The translations under genes were made by a program, and so were the position numbers. This document shows positions 8,619 through 16,729 of a stretch of 32,000 nt of DNA, one piece after another. A model generated the notes under the pieces. That model worked only from the letters and a program-made list of their open reading frames with translations, was not told the origin of the DNA and did no database searches. The first letter of the stretch is position 1; every line of letters begins with the position of its first letter. This DNA comes from Candidatus Brocadia sp. (GTDB lineage: Bacteria > Planctomycetota > Brocadiia > Brocadiales > Brocadiaceae), in NCBI GenBank assembly GCA_021650915.1, contig CP091279.1, positions 2,250,001 through 2,282,000 on the forward strand, read 5' to 3'.

Positions 8619-9761
8619 ATGAAGAAAAATACCCGGTACACCATACCGCAGCGAAGCTGCAACCACGTCCCCCTTCATGAAGGGGACGGTCAAAACCCTT
8701 GCAAAAAAGGAAACGGTTTATACGGTACTACAATACTCAGATGCACACTGCTTATTGCAGGATTGGTATTTCCCCTGCTCAGCAGGGGAGCCCTTTCAGA
8801 CACCGCAAAGGATACCACACCACCGGTGGTGCACACGGATGTAACACCTGCGGTGGTGCATGATACCCACCTTTTTCTGAGCGGTGAGGCATGTGACAAC
8901 AACGGCATCGCACGGGTGCTGGTGAACGGATGTCCGCTGGAAATCCACACAGGAAGGCGCGTCTCTTTCAATCATCTCCTGCCCCTCAGAGAGGGAAGAA
9001 ATATCGTTACCGTCCAGGCCATTGATGCCAGCGGAAATGCGTCGGTCGTTTCGCCGGTGAAGATCACGAGAAAGGCCTTCGATCTGCCGGAAACCGTTTC
9101 CCGGTATGCCGTTGCCCTGCTTCCGGTCAAGTCCTCCCCGGCGCTTGATATGCCCGGGGAATCAATCCATTCCCTCTTCCTGAAGGCATTCGGCGAAGAA
9201 CCGCAGAGGTTCCATTTTGTGGAACGGGACCCGGCACGGCTTGAAGGAATCCTCCGTGAGCAACGGATCAGTAAAATCGGGCAGATATCCCCCGAAACGG
9301 TCATAAAGATCGGGAAGATCATTGCCGCAGAGGGGCTATTCCTGGTTACGATAGATGAAGACGTCAACGGCATCGGTATTACCCTGCGTCTGGTGGATAC
9401 GGAGACGGGTCGCATACGGGCGCAGGCAAGCGTGCATGATGCGGATAACGGCATGAAAAATCTCGAATGGCTTATCTATGGTCTGTCATTGAAGATCAAG
9501 CGACAGCTTCCCGCGGCGCAGGGGAACGTTATTCGGATTTCAGAAAACGGTTTTTATGTAAACACCGGCGCTGCTCATGGCATTGAGGTAGGGATGAAAT
9601 TATTGCTATTCCGTGAAATCAGGGAAGGGAATTTCGTCTTAAAAGAACCGCTTGACACGATTGCACGGGTGGAGCGGGTGCTGCCGCACATCTGTTTTGT
9701 TACCGTCAGCAGAGAGGGTATTTCCAGGGTGGAAAAAGGAGACCTTGTCCTTGCAAAGTAG
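8619..9761 (+). CDS. secreted Ig-like + CsgG/TolB-N-like + C-terminal beta-barrel domain protein (paralog of the 10061..12220 C-terminal half)
   Basis: The ORF track opens at 8484, overlapping the upstream gene. I prefer ATG 8619 (MKKNTRY...), though the start remains uncertain. A hydrophobic segment follows (LLIAGLVFPLLS). The Ig-like module is PPVVHTD...NGIARVLVNG...NIVTVQAIDASGN. The CsgG-like module is YAVALLPVKS...FHFVERDPARLEGILREQRI...LRLVDTETGRI. Confidence 0.75.
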   Translation: MKKNTRYTIPQRSCNHVPLHEGDGQNPCKKGNGLYGTTILRCTLLIAGLVFPLLSRGALSDTAKDTTPPVVHTDVTPAVVHDTHLFLSGEACDNNGIARVLVNGCPLEIHTGRRVSFNHLLPLREGRNIVTVQAIDASGNASVVSPVKITRKAFDLPETVSRYAVALLPVKSSPALDMPGESIHSLFLKAFGEEPQRFHFVERDPARLEGILREQRISKIGQISPETVIKIGKIIAAEGLFLVTIDEDVNGIGITLRLVDTETGRIRAQASVHDADNGMKNLEWLIYGLSLKIKRQLPAAQGNVIRISENGFYVNTGAAHGIEVGMKLLLFREIREGNFVLKEPLDTIARVERVLPHICFVTVSREGISRVEKGDLVLAK

Positions 9762-9765
9762 CAAA

Positions 9766-9871
9766 GCAGGGTGGATTAAGGCGCTTGTCTTTCAGCGCCG
9801 AATCCACCAAGATTATTAACCAGGCGGGTTCAGCAGCGTAAGGTGGATACGCTTCGCTTAATCCACCCTGC
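9766..9871. repeat. REPIN-like double hairpin, family R1
   Basis: GCAGGGTGGATTAAGGCGC..GCGCCGAATCCACC ... GGTGGATACGCTTCGCTTAATCCACCCTGC. It starts 5 nt after the stop at 9761. Confidence 0.8.
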
Positions 9872-10060
9872 TCCACGGAAAGAATATAGCCAGGGGTGAC
9901 AGCCCCTGGAAAAAGAAAAAGGATATAGCACCCATCGATGATTCTCTCTGCACTATTCAGATTCATAACGACGCATAGCCGCAACCATGTCCCCCTGCAG
10001 AAACGGGGTGAAGGGGGCGGTAAAAAGACCGGTAAAAAAAGCGGGATATTACGCGGTAAC

Positions 10061-12220
10061 ATGATAGCCATCCTGCCCCTATTTCTCCTGCCCTTTGCCG
10101 GCTGCACCACGACTTCCCGGATCGGCACGGACAACTGGCGGGATTATTTCAAGCCGGGGCATACCAAAGAGGAAATTGCCCGGGACTTTAATCTTTACCG
10201 GGGCAAGTGGTGGAACTACTACGTACGGGGCCGATGGTTTGCCGAGGGTGGTTTCTATGATGAGGCGGCTCAGGATTTCAGGAAGGCAATCAGCCTGCGC
10301 AGTCAGGATCAGCGTTCTGCCAGGAGCTACGGGATGCATTTCTGGGAATACTTTGCCCACCGCGAGCTGGGGGTTATCTATTATCACCAGGGCAAATACG
10401 AAGACGCCAAAAAGGAGCTTGAAATGTCCCGCTCTACGGCCGATTCTGCCAGGGCCAAGTATTACCTGAATAAAAGCAACGAGGCCATGATAAAGATGAC
10501 GAAGATGGATATCAAACCACCGGAGATCAGAATTACGTCACATACCAACGGCCAGGTTGTCAATACCCCGGCAGCGCACATCAGGGGGGTTGCCACCGAC
10601 GATGCCTACGTAAACGGCATGTCTATCCAGGGCAGAAGGCTGTTCATAGAACTTGCCGAACGGAATCTTTCCTTTGACGAAACCGTTTCCCTGCAGCGGG
10701 GAGAGAACGTGATCAGCATCGAGGCAACCGACCTTTCGGACAAAAGCGCCCGCCAGGATATGAAACTCATGCTCGACCTGCGCCCGCCGGTCTTGTATCT
10801 GGACGATATCCGGATCCAGAAGCGGGACGGACGCAATAGTGCAATTGTTACGGGAACCATCACGGACGACCATGGGGTACAACGCCTTTCAATAAATGAC
10901 ACCGAGATACCCATCACCCCAGGTAAGGAAGTGAAATTTCAGCATGAAATTGTCCTGACCGATGGCCATACCTTCTCCCTGAGGGCAGTCGACGTGGCCG
11001 GAAACGAAACACGGGGCGAAGAATCGTTAGACGTTAAGGCATCGCTCTGGCGCGGCGGCATATGGGATGGACATACCAGGCACATGCACCGGACAAAGGG
11101 TGCACCGGTCATGGTTGCGGCAGGCAAACTGGACAGGGCCGGCGTCAGGAGACTGCTGGCTGCTGGCGGGACAACCACCCAACCTTCCCCCGCAGGCGCT
11201 TCTCACGGGGGCACGGAAAATCCGGGAAAGGGATCAGGAGTGGCTTCTGGTTCGCACGAAACGGCAAGGGACACCATCCCGCCGGTGATCTATACGGATT
11301 TAAAATCTGCAATCGTCCATGATACAAACATCTTCTTCGGCATCCATGCGCACGACGATAACGGCATTGCAAGGCTCTTTGTCAATCAGCAGCCTTTGGA
11401 TATCCGGACTGCGAAGCACGTCTTCTTCAATCACCTGTTAACGCTCAACGAAGGAGAGAACACCGTCGTGGTAAAGGCCGTTGACAGGGAGGGAAACGAA
11501 ACGGAGCTTGCGCCGGTAAAGATTACCAAAAAGGCCTTTTATCTGCTGGAGACGGAGGCCCGGTATACCGTCGCCCTGCTTCCGTTCAGGACGTTTGAAG
11601 AAGACCAGGCGCTTACGGAAACCCTCTACTCCCTGTTGCTCAGGGCATTTGATGAAGAGCCGAAGCGGTTTAACTTTGTGGAACGCGACCTGACAAAACT
11701 GGAGGAGATCCTGCGCGAGCAAAAAATTGCCAACACGGAGCTCACCTCGCCCGACGCGGCCATAAAGGTCGGGAAGATCCGTGCGGCCGATGGCATGCTC
11801 TTTGGCGCGGTGGAGGAGGATTCCCGGGGCATCAGCGTCACCCTGCGGCTGGTCGATACGGAGACCACCCAGGTGCTGGTAAACGTCGATGTCTATGATG
11901 AAGACAAGAACGCGCAGAACCTCGCATGGCTGATGCACGGCCTGTCGCTCAAGGTGAAACGGCAATATCCCCTGGTGCAGGGCGGCGTCATCCGGATCGC
12001 AGGCAATGGATTCCACGTCGATGCCGGCGCAACGAGCGGGATGCTGGTCGGCATGAAACTGCTCATGTTCCGGGAGGTACCGGTGGGAAATCTTGCATTA
12101 AAGGAGCCCCTGTACAGTGTTGCCCGAATCGTGCAGGTGCAGCCAGACACCTCGTTTGCCCGGATAAGCACAAAGGGCATCAAGACGATAAAGAAGAAAG
12201 ACCTGGTTATAACGAAATGA
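10061..12220 (+). CDS. lipoprotein with TPR region, multiple Ig-like domains, a CsgG/TolB-N-like domain and a C-terminal beta-barrel domain
   Basis: The ORF track opens at 9938. I prefer ATG 10061, which gives a lipoprotein signal MIAILPLFLLPFAGC. The TPR-like segment is GGFYDEAAQDFRKAISL...YHQGKYEDAKKELE. There are repeated Ig-like modules (PPEIRITSH..., PPVLYLDD..., PPVIYTD...). The C-terminal ~330 aa is roughly half-identical (by eye) to 8619..9761 (FNFVERDLTKLEEILREQKI...LRLVDTETTQV). Confidence 0.8.
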   Translation: MIAILPLFLLPFAGCTTTSRIGTDNWRDYFKPGHTKEEIARDFNLYRGKWWNYYVRGRWFAEGGFYDEAAQDFRKAISLRSQDQRSARSYGMHFWEYFAHRELGVIYYHQGKYEDAKKELEMSRSTADSARAKYYLNKSNEAMIKMTKMDIKPPEIRITSHTNGQVVNTPAAHIRGVATDDAYVNGMSIQGRRLFIELAERNLSFDETVSLQRGENVISIEATDLSDKSARQDMKLMLDLRPPVLYLDDIRIQKRDGRNSAIVTGTITDDHGVQRLSINDTEIPITPGKEVKFQHEIVLTDGHTFSLRAVDVAGNETRGEESLDVKASLWRGGIWDGHTRHMHRTKGAPVMVAAGKLDRAGVRRLLAAGGTTTQPSPAGASHGGTENPGKGSGVASGSHETARDTIPPVIYTDLKSAIVHDTNIFFGIHAHDDNGIARLFVNQQPLDIRTAKHVFFNHLLTLNEGENTVVVKAVDREGNETELAPVKITKKAFYLLETEARYTVALLPFRTFEEDQALTETLYSLLLRAFDEEPKRFNFVERDLTKLEEILREQKIANTELTSPDAAIKVGKIRAADGMLFGAVEEDSRGISVTLRLVDTETTQVLVNVDVYDEDKNAQNLAWLMHGLSLKVKRQYPLVQGGVIRIAGNGFHVDAGATSGMLVGMKLLMFREVPVGNLALKEPLYSVARIVQVQPDTSFARISTKGIKTIKKKDLVITK

Positions 12221-12353
12221 AAGAGTTCTGGGATCCCGGATCGTGGATTTTGGATTGCGGATTTCGGATGGTTCGGCTTCGCTCTCCACGAGTTTTTGGT
12301 TTGCGGGTTGCGGGTTTGGGAGTTGAAAGTTTGGGATTTTGGATTTATGGCTG

Positions 12354-12440
12354 GTTCAGGCTTGCAGCCTGAACCGAAACGGTTTGGTTCAATCGTTCGG
12401 CTGAGCGCTCGCGGCGGGTTTGGGTTTGCAACCCAAACCC
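12354..12440. repeat. repeat family R4 (GGTTCAGGCTTGCAGCCTGAACCGAAACGG...) followed by the palindrome GGGTTTGGGTTTGCAACCCAAACCC
   Basis: Hairpin at 12354-12376. Related copies are at 12731-12761 and 20227-20322. Confidence 0.7.
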
Positions 12441-12500
12441 ATGATTTGATGGGGTATATTTATGCCAGAAATTGAATCGTATTCGTGCCAATCCGGCAGT

Positions 12501-12534
12501 GTAAGGCGGATACGCTTCGTTTAATCCACCCGGC
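12501..12534. repeat. half copy of family R1 (GTAAGGCGGATACGCTTCGTTTAATCCACCCGGC)
   Basis: Matches the right-hand unit of 9766-9871. Confidence 0.65.
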
Positions 12535-12630
12535 TCCACTTTTCAGATACAGGGGAAATGCCGGTTAAAAACAACCCTTGCCCCATTTCTTAAGGGGGAT
12601 TCAGGGGGCTGTCTGGTATGCTACGATACA

Positions 12631-12724
12631 AACTTTGAAATTCTTAACATTAATTAGGCCTTCGGCGATTTTCTCAATGTAAAGCGACGAGCCTCGTCGC
12701 TCTACAACTGCAACTTTGAAATTC
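12631..12724. repeat. repeat family R3, full copy, inverted relative to 6387-6484
   Basis: AACTTTGAAATTC occurs as a direct repeat at both ends (12631-12643 and 12712-12724). The internal hairpin is GCGACGAGCCTCGTCGC. Confidence 0.8.
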
Positions 12725-12730
12725 AATATA

Positions 12731-12761
12731 GGGTTCAGGCTTGTAGCCTGAACCGAGACGG
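12731..12761. repeat. repeat family R4 hairpin (GGGTTCAGGCTTGTAGCCTGAACCGAGACGG)
   Basis: Same hairpin as 12354-12376. Confidence 0.7.
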
Positions 12762-12859
12762 TAAAATACAAAAATAACCCGAAACTTGTGGTGAGCGAAG
12801 TCCCTCTCTGCCGTGCAGGCACAGGCAGGAGAACCACTCAAAACTCGAACGGTGAACCT

Positions 12860-14209
12860 ATGAAAACAAAACAAATCCTTTTTCTTATCATCCTATTTCT
12901 GCCCATCGCAGCGCCCTTCACAAAATCCTCTTTTGCTCAACAAGTACCTACCTCCATAAATGCGGTGCCTCTTCCTGTTGGCTCTGGCGCCAGGGCATTG
13001 GGCATGGGCGGCGCCTTTATTGCCGTCGCCGACGATGCCACTGCGGCATCGTGGAATCCCGGCGGCCTGACACAATTGGAAAGACCAGAACTCTCTGTGG
13101 TAGGTTCCTTCTTATCCACACACATGGATTTTGATCCTGGCAATACAGGTTTCTTCTCCCTTGGCAACGAGGATGTATCGCGGGGTGATCTGAATTATGC
13201 CAGTGTTGCATATCCATTCAAGGTGTTAGGAAAAAATCTGGTTGCTGCATTGAATTATCAACAGAAATACGATTTTCATATGAATGTTGATTTTGATTTG
13301 ACAGATGATAGTTTGGGAATTAATGAAGATATAAATATTGATTTTAAATCAAAAGGTGGAATAGGTGCCCTGACGCCTGCCATCGCCATGCAGGTGATGC
13401 CCAAACTATCCATAGGGGTAGCGGTAAATATCTTTACTGACGAATTTTTCGACGATTTTGCCTGGAAAGAAACATTGAAAATGTCAGGATTTGGTACCGA
13501 CGGAGTGGATACAATTAATGACACTGCAAAATCAGTTAGGGAATTCAAAAATTTTCAGGCAGTAAACGTAACGGCAGGCATGCTGTGGGATGTATGGGAA
13601 GAGGAGGAGAAGTGCCTTACCTTTGGCGCCGTGTATCATTCCCCATATACGGCAGATGTTGACCGTATTATAGATTCTCAAAGTACCAGCAATTTTTCAG
13701 GTTCAATTTCTACTTTTTCAAATCATATTAGGGAACATTTCGAGATAGACTATCCTATGTCTATTGGTGCTGGGTGGGGCTTCCGTTACAGCGATGCATT
13801 ATCCCTTTCTATGGATGTGACGTGGACGGATTGGTCTGAATATGAACAGGAGAATAAAGAAACCGGGGAAGAAACCCGTCCCCTGGGACTTGGTGTATCA
13901 ACTGACAGGGACATTGATGATACCTACGCTGTAAGGTTTGGCACAGAGTACCTGATTTTCCGGCAAAAGATGATTATCCCCGTACGGGGTGGACTTTTTT
14001 ACGAACCCCGTCCATCCCTGGATGACCCTACAGACGTATATGGCGTTAGTGTGGGGAGCGGCATTACCTTCAAGAGGTTCAGTATTGACGGTGCATATCA
14101 GTTCCGGTGGGCGAATGATGTGGACGGAGAAGATTTTGGTGAACTTCAAGGAACTCACTTTGATCTCCAGGAGCACCTGTTCCTGGCCTCCGTCATTGTC
14201 TATTTCTAA
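12860..14209 (+). CDS. outer-membrane beta-barrel protein, FadL/OmpP1/PorV-like
   Basis: I prefer ATG 12860 (MKTKQILFLIILFLPIAAPFTKSSFA|QQ signal peptide). The N-terminal plug-like motif GSGARALGMGGAFIAVADDATAASWNPGGL is typical of the FadL/PorV-type family. Amphipathic strands alternate throughout, and the C-terminus is aromatic (...ASVIVYF). Confidence 0.75.
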   Translation: MKTKQILFLIILFLPIAAPFTKSSFAQQVPTSINAVPLPVGSGARALGMGGAFIAVADDATAASWNPGGLTQLERPELSVVGSFLSTHMDFDPGNTGFFSLGNEDVSRGDLNYASVAYPFKVLGKNLVAALNYQQKYDFHMNVDFDLTDDSLGINEDINIDFKSKGGIGALTPAIAMQVMPKLSIGVAVNIFTDEFFDDFAWKETLKMSGFGTDGVDTINDTAKSVREFKNFQAVNVTAGMLWDVWEEEEKCLTFGAVYHSPYTADVDRIIDSQSTSNFSGSISTFSNHIREHFEIDYPMSIGAGWGFRYSDALSLSMDVTWTDWSEYEQENKETGEETRPLGLGVSTDRDIDDTYAVRFGTEYLIFRQKMIIPVRGGLFYEPRPSLDDPTDVYGVSVGSGITFKRFSIDGAYQFRWANDVDGEDFGELQGTHFDLQEHLFLASVIVYF

Positions 14210-14210
14210 G

Positions 14211-14272
14211 TTCCCCTCTAACAAGGGGTGTGTCATAGCTCCCCTCTATTAAGAGGGGTAACGGTGTGTGTC
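14211..14272. repeat. repeat family R5: tandem CCCCTCT-loop-AG(A)GGGG hairpins with GGTGTGTG flank
   Basis: CCCCTCTAACAAGGGG (14213-14228) and CCCCTCTATTAAGAGGGG (14241-14258). Related copies are at 15041-15085, 15268-15290 + 15543-15572, and 17844-17948. Confidence 0.75.
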
Positions 14273-14351
14273 TCGCAACTAAAAAAGGCATGGAGGGTGT
14301 ACTCCACCTTTATTCATACATACAAGGTTGAAAAGGAGGGAAAAAGTGAGT

Positions 14352-14750
14352 ATGAAAAATAGAAACGTGCGCTTTTATGGGCTGATGGCAGGATTCATTT
14401 TGTTCTTCAGCATATTAACCTGCGGGTGTATAACAATTACTATTTATGATAGTGATTGTTGTCAGTGTCCTCATGTAACCGGTGAAGGAATTCCAGGAGT
14501 TTATCCTATGGGAAGGATTTGGGGATATATCAAGAATAACTCGGGACAACCAATTGCTAACGCACAAATTACTATTACTCCTGGTACAGGAGTAAGTACT
14601 TCAAATTCGGCAGGAAAATATGTAACTTCTTTTGTAGATTACGGTTTGTATACATTAACAGTCACAGCTAATGGTTATCAACCTGGAGGGGGTCAAGTAA
14701 ACGTTAATGCTTTGTCAGTTCGGAAGGACTATACGCTAAATCCACAATAA
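14352..14750 (+). CDS. small membrane-anchored or lipoprotein-like protein with a CarboxypepD_reg-like beta-sandwich domain
   Basis: RBS AAGGAGG at 14333-14339. Candidate starts are GTG 14346 or ATG 14352; the track's TTG 14328 lies upstream of the RBS. Signal/anchor is FILFFSILTCGCITI. The domain reads GYIKNNSGQPIANAQITITPG...AGKYVTSFVDYGLYTLTVTANGYQP. Confidence 0.7.
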   Translation: MKNRNVRFYGLMAGFILFFSILTCGCITITIYDSDCCQCPHVTGEGIPGVYPMGRIWGYIKNNSGQPIANAQITITPGTGVSTSNSAGKYVTSFVDYGLYTLTVTANGYQPGGGQVNVNALSVRKDYTLNPQ

Positions 14751-14797
14751 CAGTAATCTTTAATCTCCACGTGGGTTCTGGGGGCTGGAGTTTAAAG

Positions 14798-14955
14798 TTT
14801 TGTAACACTTTAGTTTTTTGAAAAATTACAATAATAACGATGTTGCCGCACGGTGTAGGGGCGAAGCATTTGCCATACATTGGCATAAAGGTATTCACAC
14901 CCCAAGCAGGCAAATGCTTCGCCCCTACCTTTTCAAAAAACTAAAGTGTTACAAA
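14798..14955. repeat. 158-bp nested palindromic element: 27-bp outer inverted arms (1 mismatch) enclosing a family R2 unit
   Basis: Outer arms are TTTGTAACACTTTAGTTTTTTGAAAAA (14798-14824) and CTTTTCAAAAAACTAAAGTGTTACAAA (14929-14955). Inner arms are GTAGGGGCGAAGCATTTGCC / GGCAAATGCTTCGCCCCTAC (14855-14928). Confidence 0.85.
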
Positions 14956-15040
14956 GTTTTGTGTTTTGAGTTGTGGGTTGAGGTTAGATGTTGGAAATTG
15001 GAGGTTGGAGTTGAGAGTTACGAATTGTGTGTTCGGGAGT

Positions 15041-15085
15041 GTGTTATAGCTCCCCTCTATTAAGAGGGGGAAGGGGGTGTGTCTT
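15041..15085. repeat. repeat family R5 hairpin (CCCCTCTATTAAGAGGGG plus GGGGGTGTGT flank)
   Basis: Near-identical to 14236-14272. This explains the shared ..CVIAPLY ends of two spurious track ORFs. Confidence 0.75.
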
Positions 15086-15290
15086 ACAGAAGCCCGAAGG
15101 GCTGAAGGCATATAGAATATAGGGTTCAGGTTGCCTGTCTGTGTGCGGCCACGCACAGGCAAGCAAACCCGCAGCAGCGATGCATTTTGTGTTGAGCGCA
15201 TGTAGGGCAGGCATTGCCTGCCTTATGTCAATCTCAATTTTCGGTAGACGGTGCCTACACTGGCTAAACACACCCCCGGCCCCTCTTAGA

Positions 15291-15542
15291 AGCTTACTGT
15301 TGGACAAAATTTCGGCTGGACAAAATGACCCTAATTGGGCGATTATCATTTAAAACAGCTAATTTTACTGGTTTTTTCGCTATTGTTTTTCGAAATTTTA
15401 GTTTAATAGACTCAACACTTTGGTAAAAAACAAGTGCTTCGCAATAGAAAATTCAATGGATTAAATGTCGTAAGTCAAAGGACAATAAGATATTTACGGT
15501 TCCTTTAACTTGTCCGGCAAAAAAATTGTCCAACAGTAAGCT
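15291..15542. mobile_element. 252-bp MITE-like element with 17-bp perfect terminal inverted repeats (AGCTTACTGTTGGACAA), inserted into the loop of an R5 hairpin
   Basis: Left end 15291-15307; right end TTGTCCAACAGTAAGCT at 15526-15542. Subterminal GGACAAAAT/TTGTCC repeats are present. The interior is AT-rich and non-coding. The flanks ACACACCCCCGGCCCCTCTTAGA and TAATAGAGGGGAATAAAGGGGTGTGT are the two halves of an R5 unit. Confidence 0.75.
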
Positions 15543-15713
15543 TAATAGAGGGGAATAAAGGGGTGTGTACATCTGGCATAGCACACCCATAACCTCTCAG
15601 GTAGGTCAACCGTCCTCGGTTGACATCATAATGACAAGCGGGGACGTCTGAAGCGCTCAGCCAAACGGTTGCAAGCCTGAACCCGCGTAAAGAAAGAGAA
15701 AGGAGGAGACCAT

Positions 15714-16700
15714 ATGAAATATGTAATCCGGCGGCAATCATTCAAGGCACATGTTACGATGTGTCTGTTCATAACGTTAATTTCTACCTTGCCATTAATA
15801 GGTTCTGCATGTACTAAAGGAGCAAGTGAACCGCTAGCACCATCACCGGACAGCCCCGTGCCCAAAGAAACGCCCAGGGAAGGTGCTGTTGAACCAACGC
15901 AATCACAGGATACAACAAGTGTTGCGAGGCCAGCGCCATCAAAGCAACCAAAGGATTCAATCGATATGTCCTCTGAGGTTAAAAGCATTGGGGGCATTAC
16001 ATGGCAGGGAGATTCTCTCTGGGTGTTGGATGATGAGAGGAAAATAATCGATCGATTTGATACTACTTTAGAGGAACTTTCCCCTGACCATAAATATTCA
16101 ATTGATCTTACACAGTCAAGCGCTTTTAGTTTGAAAAAATTCAAAGGTCTGGCCTATGACAAAGAAGCCGAAGCACTCTGGGTTGCCGCTGAAGAGACAG
16201 ATATAGATCCGAAGAAAATGGTTCCGATGCTGATTAAGATTAATCTTGTCAACAGACAGACGGAACTTATAAAGATGGAGATTCCCGCAAAGAAAGGGTT
16301 TAAGTCCATTGAGGGCATTGCATGGGACAAGAAAAGAGAAAGCCTCTGGGTTGCCATTTACGCAGGATTTTCGAGCTCATTAAATCAGATCAATCCTAAA
16401 ACCAGACAAATCACAAAAAGTATCTTCTCTGATAGTTATCCCAAAGGTATTGCAACGGATGGAGAGCATCTTTGGAGTATTTGTTACAACGGAGAGGAAT
16501 TCCCTTCCGCAATAGATCAGAGAATAATACAGCCTGAAGAGCATAAAATGTTACGTTCGCGTGAATTTATTAAAGACATACCGGAAGCAGAACCCATTAG
16601 CCTTGTTTTTGATGGTAATGATCTCTGGTATGCAGATAAAAAAACAAAGCGTGTTATAAGGTTTATACAGCCCAATAAGAAACCTCTTCAATTGAAATAA
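15714..16700 (+). CDS. lipoprotein with a 5-bladed beta-propeller (glutamine cyclotransferase/NHL-like repeats)
   Basis: Strong RBS AAGGAGGAG before ATG 15714. Signal LPLIGSAC, then a Pro/Ser-rich linker. Five repeats end in an LW motif: DSLWVLD, EALWVAA, ESLWVAI, EHLWSIC, NDLWYAD. Confidence 0.75.
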   Translation: MKYVIRRQSFKAHVTMCLFITLISTLPLIGSACTKGASEPLAPSPDSPVPKETPREGAVEPTQSQDTTSVARPAPSKQPKDSIDMSSEVKSIGGITWQGDSLWVLDDERKIIDRFDTTLEELSPDHKYSIDLTQSSAFSLKKFKGLAYDKEAEALWVAAEETDIDPKKMVPMLIKINLVNRQTELIKMEIPAKKGFKSIEGIAWDKKRESLWVAIYAGFSSSLNQINPKTRQITKSIFSDSYPKGIATDGEHLWSICYNGEEFPSAIDQRIIQPEEHKMLRSREFIKDIPEAEPISLVFDGNDLWYADKKTKRVIRFIQPNKKPLQLK

Positions 16701-16729
16701 TTGCAAGCACCAAATAAGGAGAAAATATC

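Noticed and set aside
9706-12539. Minus-strand ORFs 9706..10134 and 12345..12539 sharing GGL(S/N)EAYPPY(A/T)A
   Set aside because: The shared peptide is simply the translation of the R1 repeat (GGTGGATACGCTTCGCTTAATCCACC). It does not indicate a conserved protein family.
8484-12859. N-terminal extensions proposed by the ORF track (8484, 9938, 12788 starts; likewise 14328, 22510, 24778, 25124, 25670, 31145)
   Set aside because: The extensions overlap upstream genes or repeats and precede obvious signal peptides, RBS sites or family N-termini. Internal ATG/GTG starts fit better, though 8619 remains uncertain.
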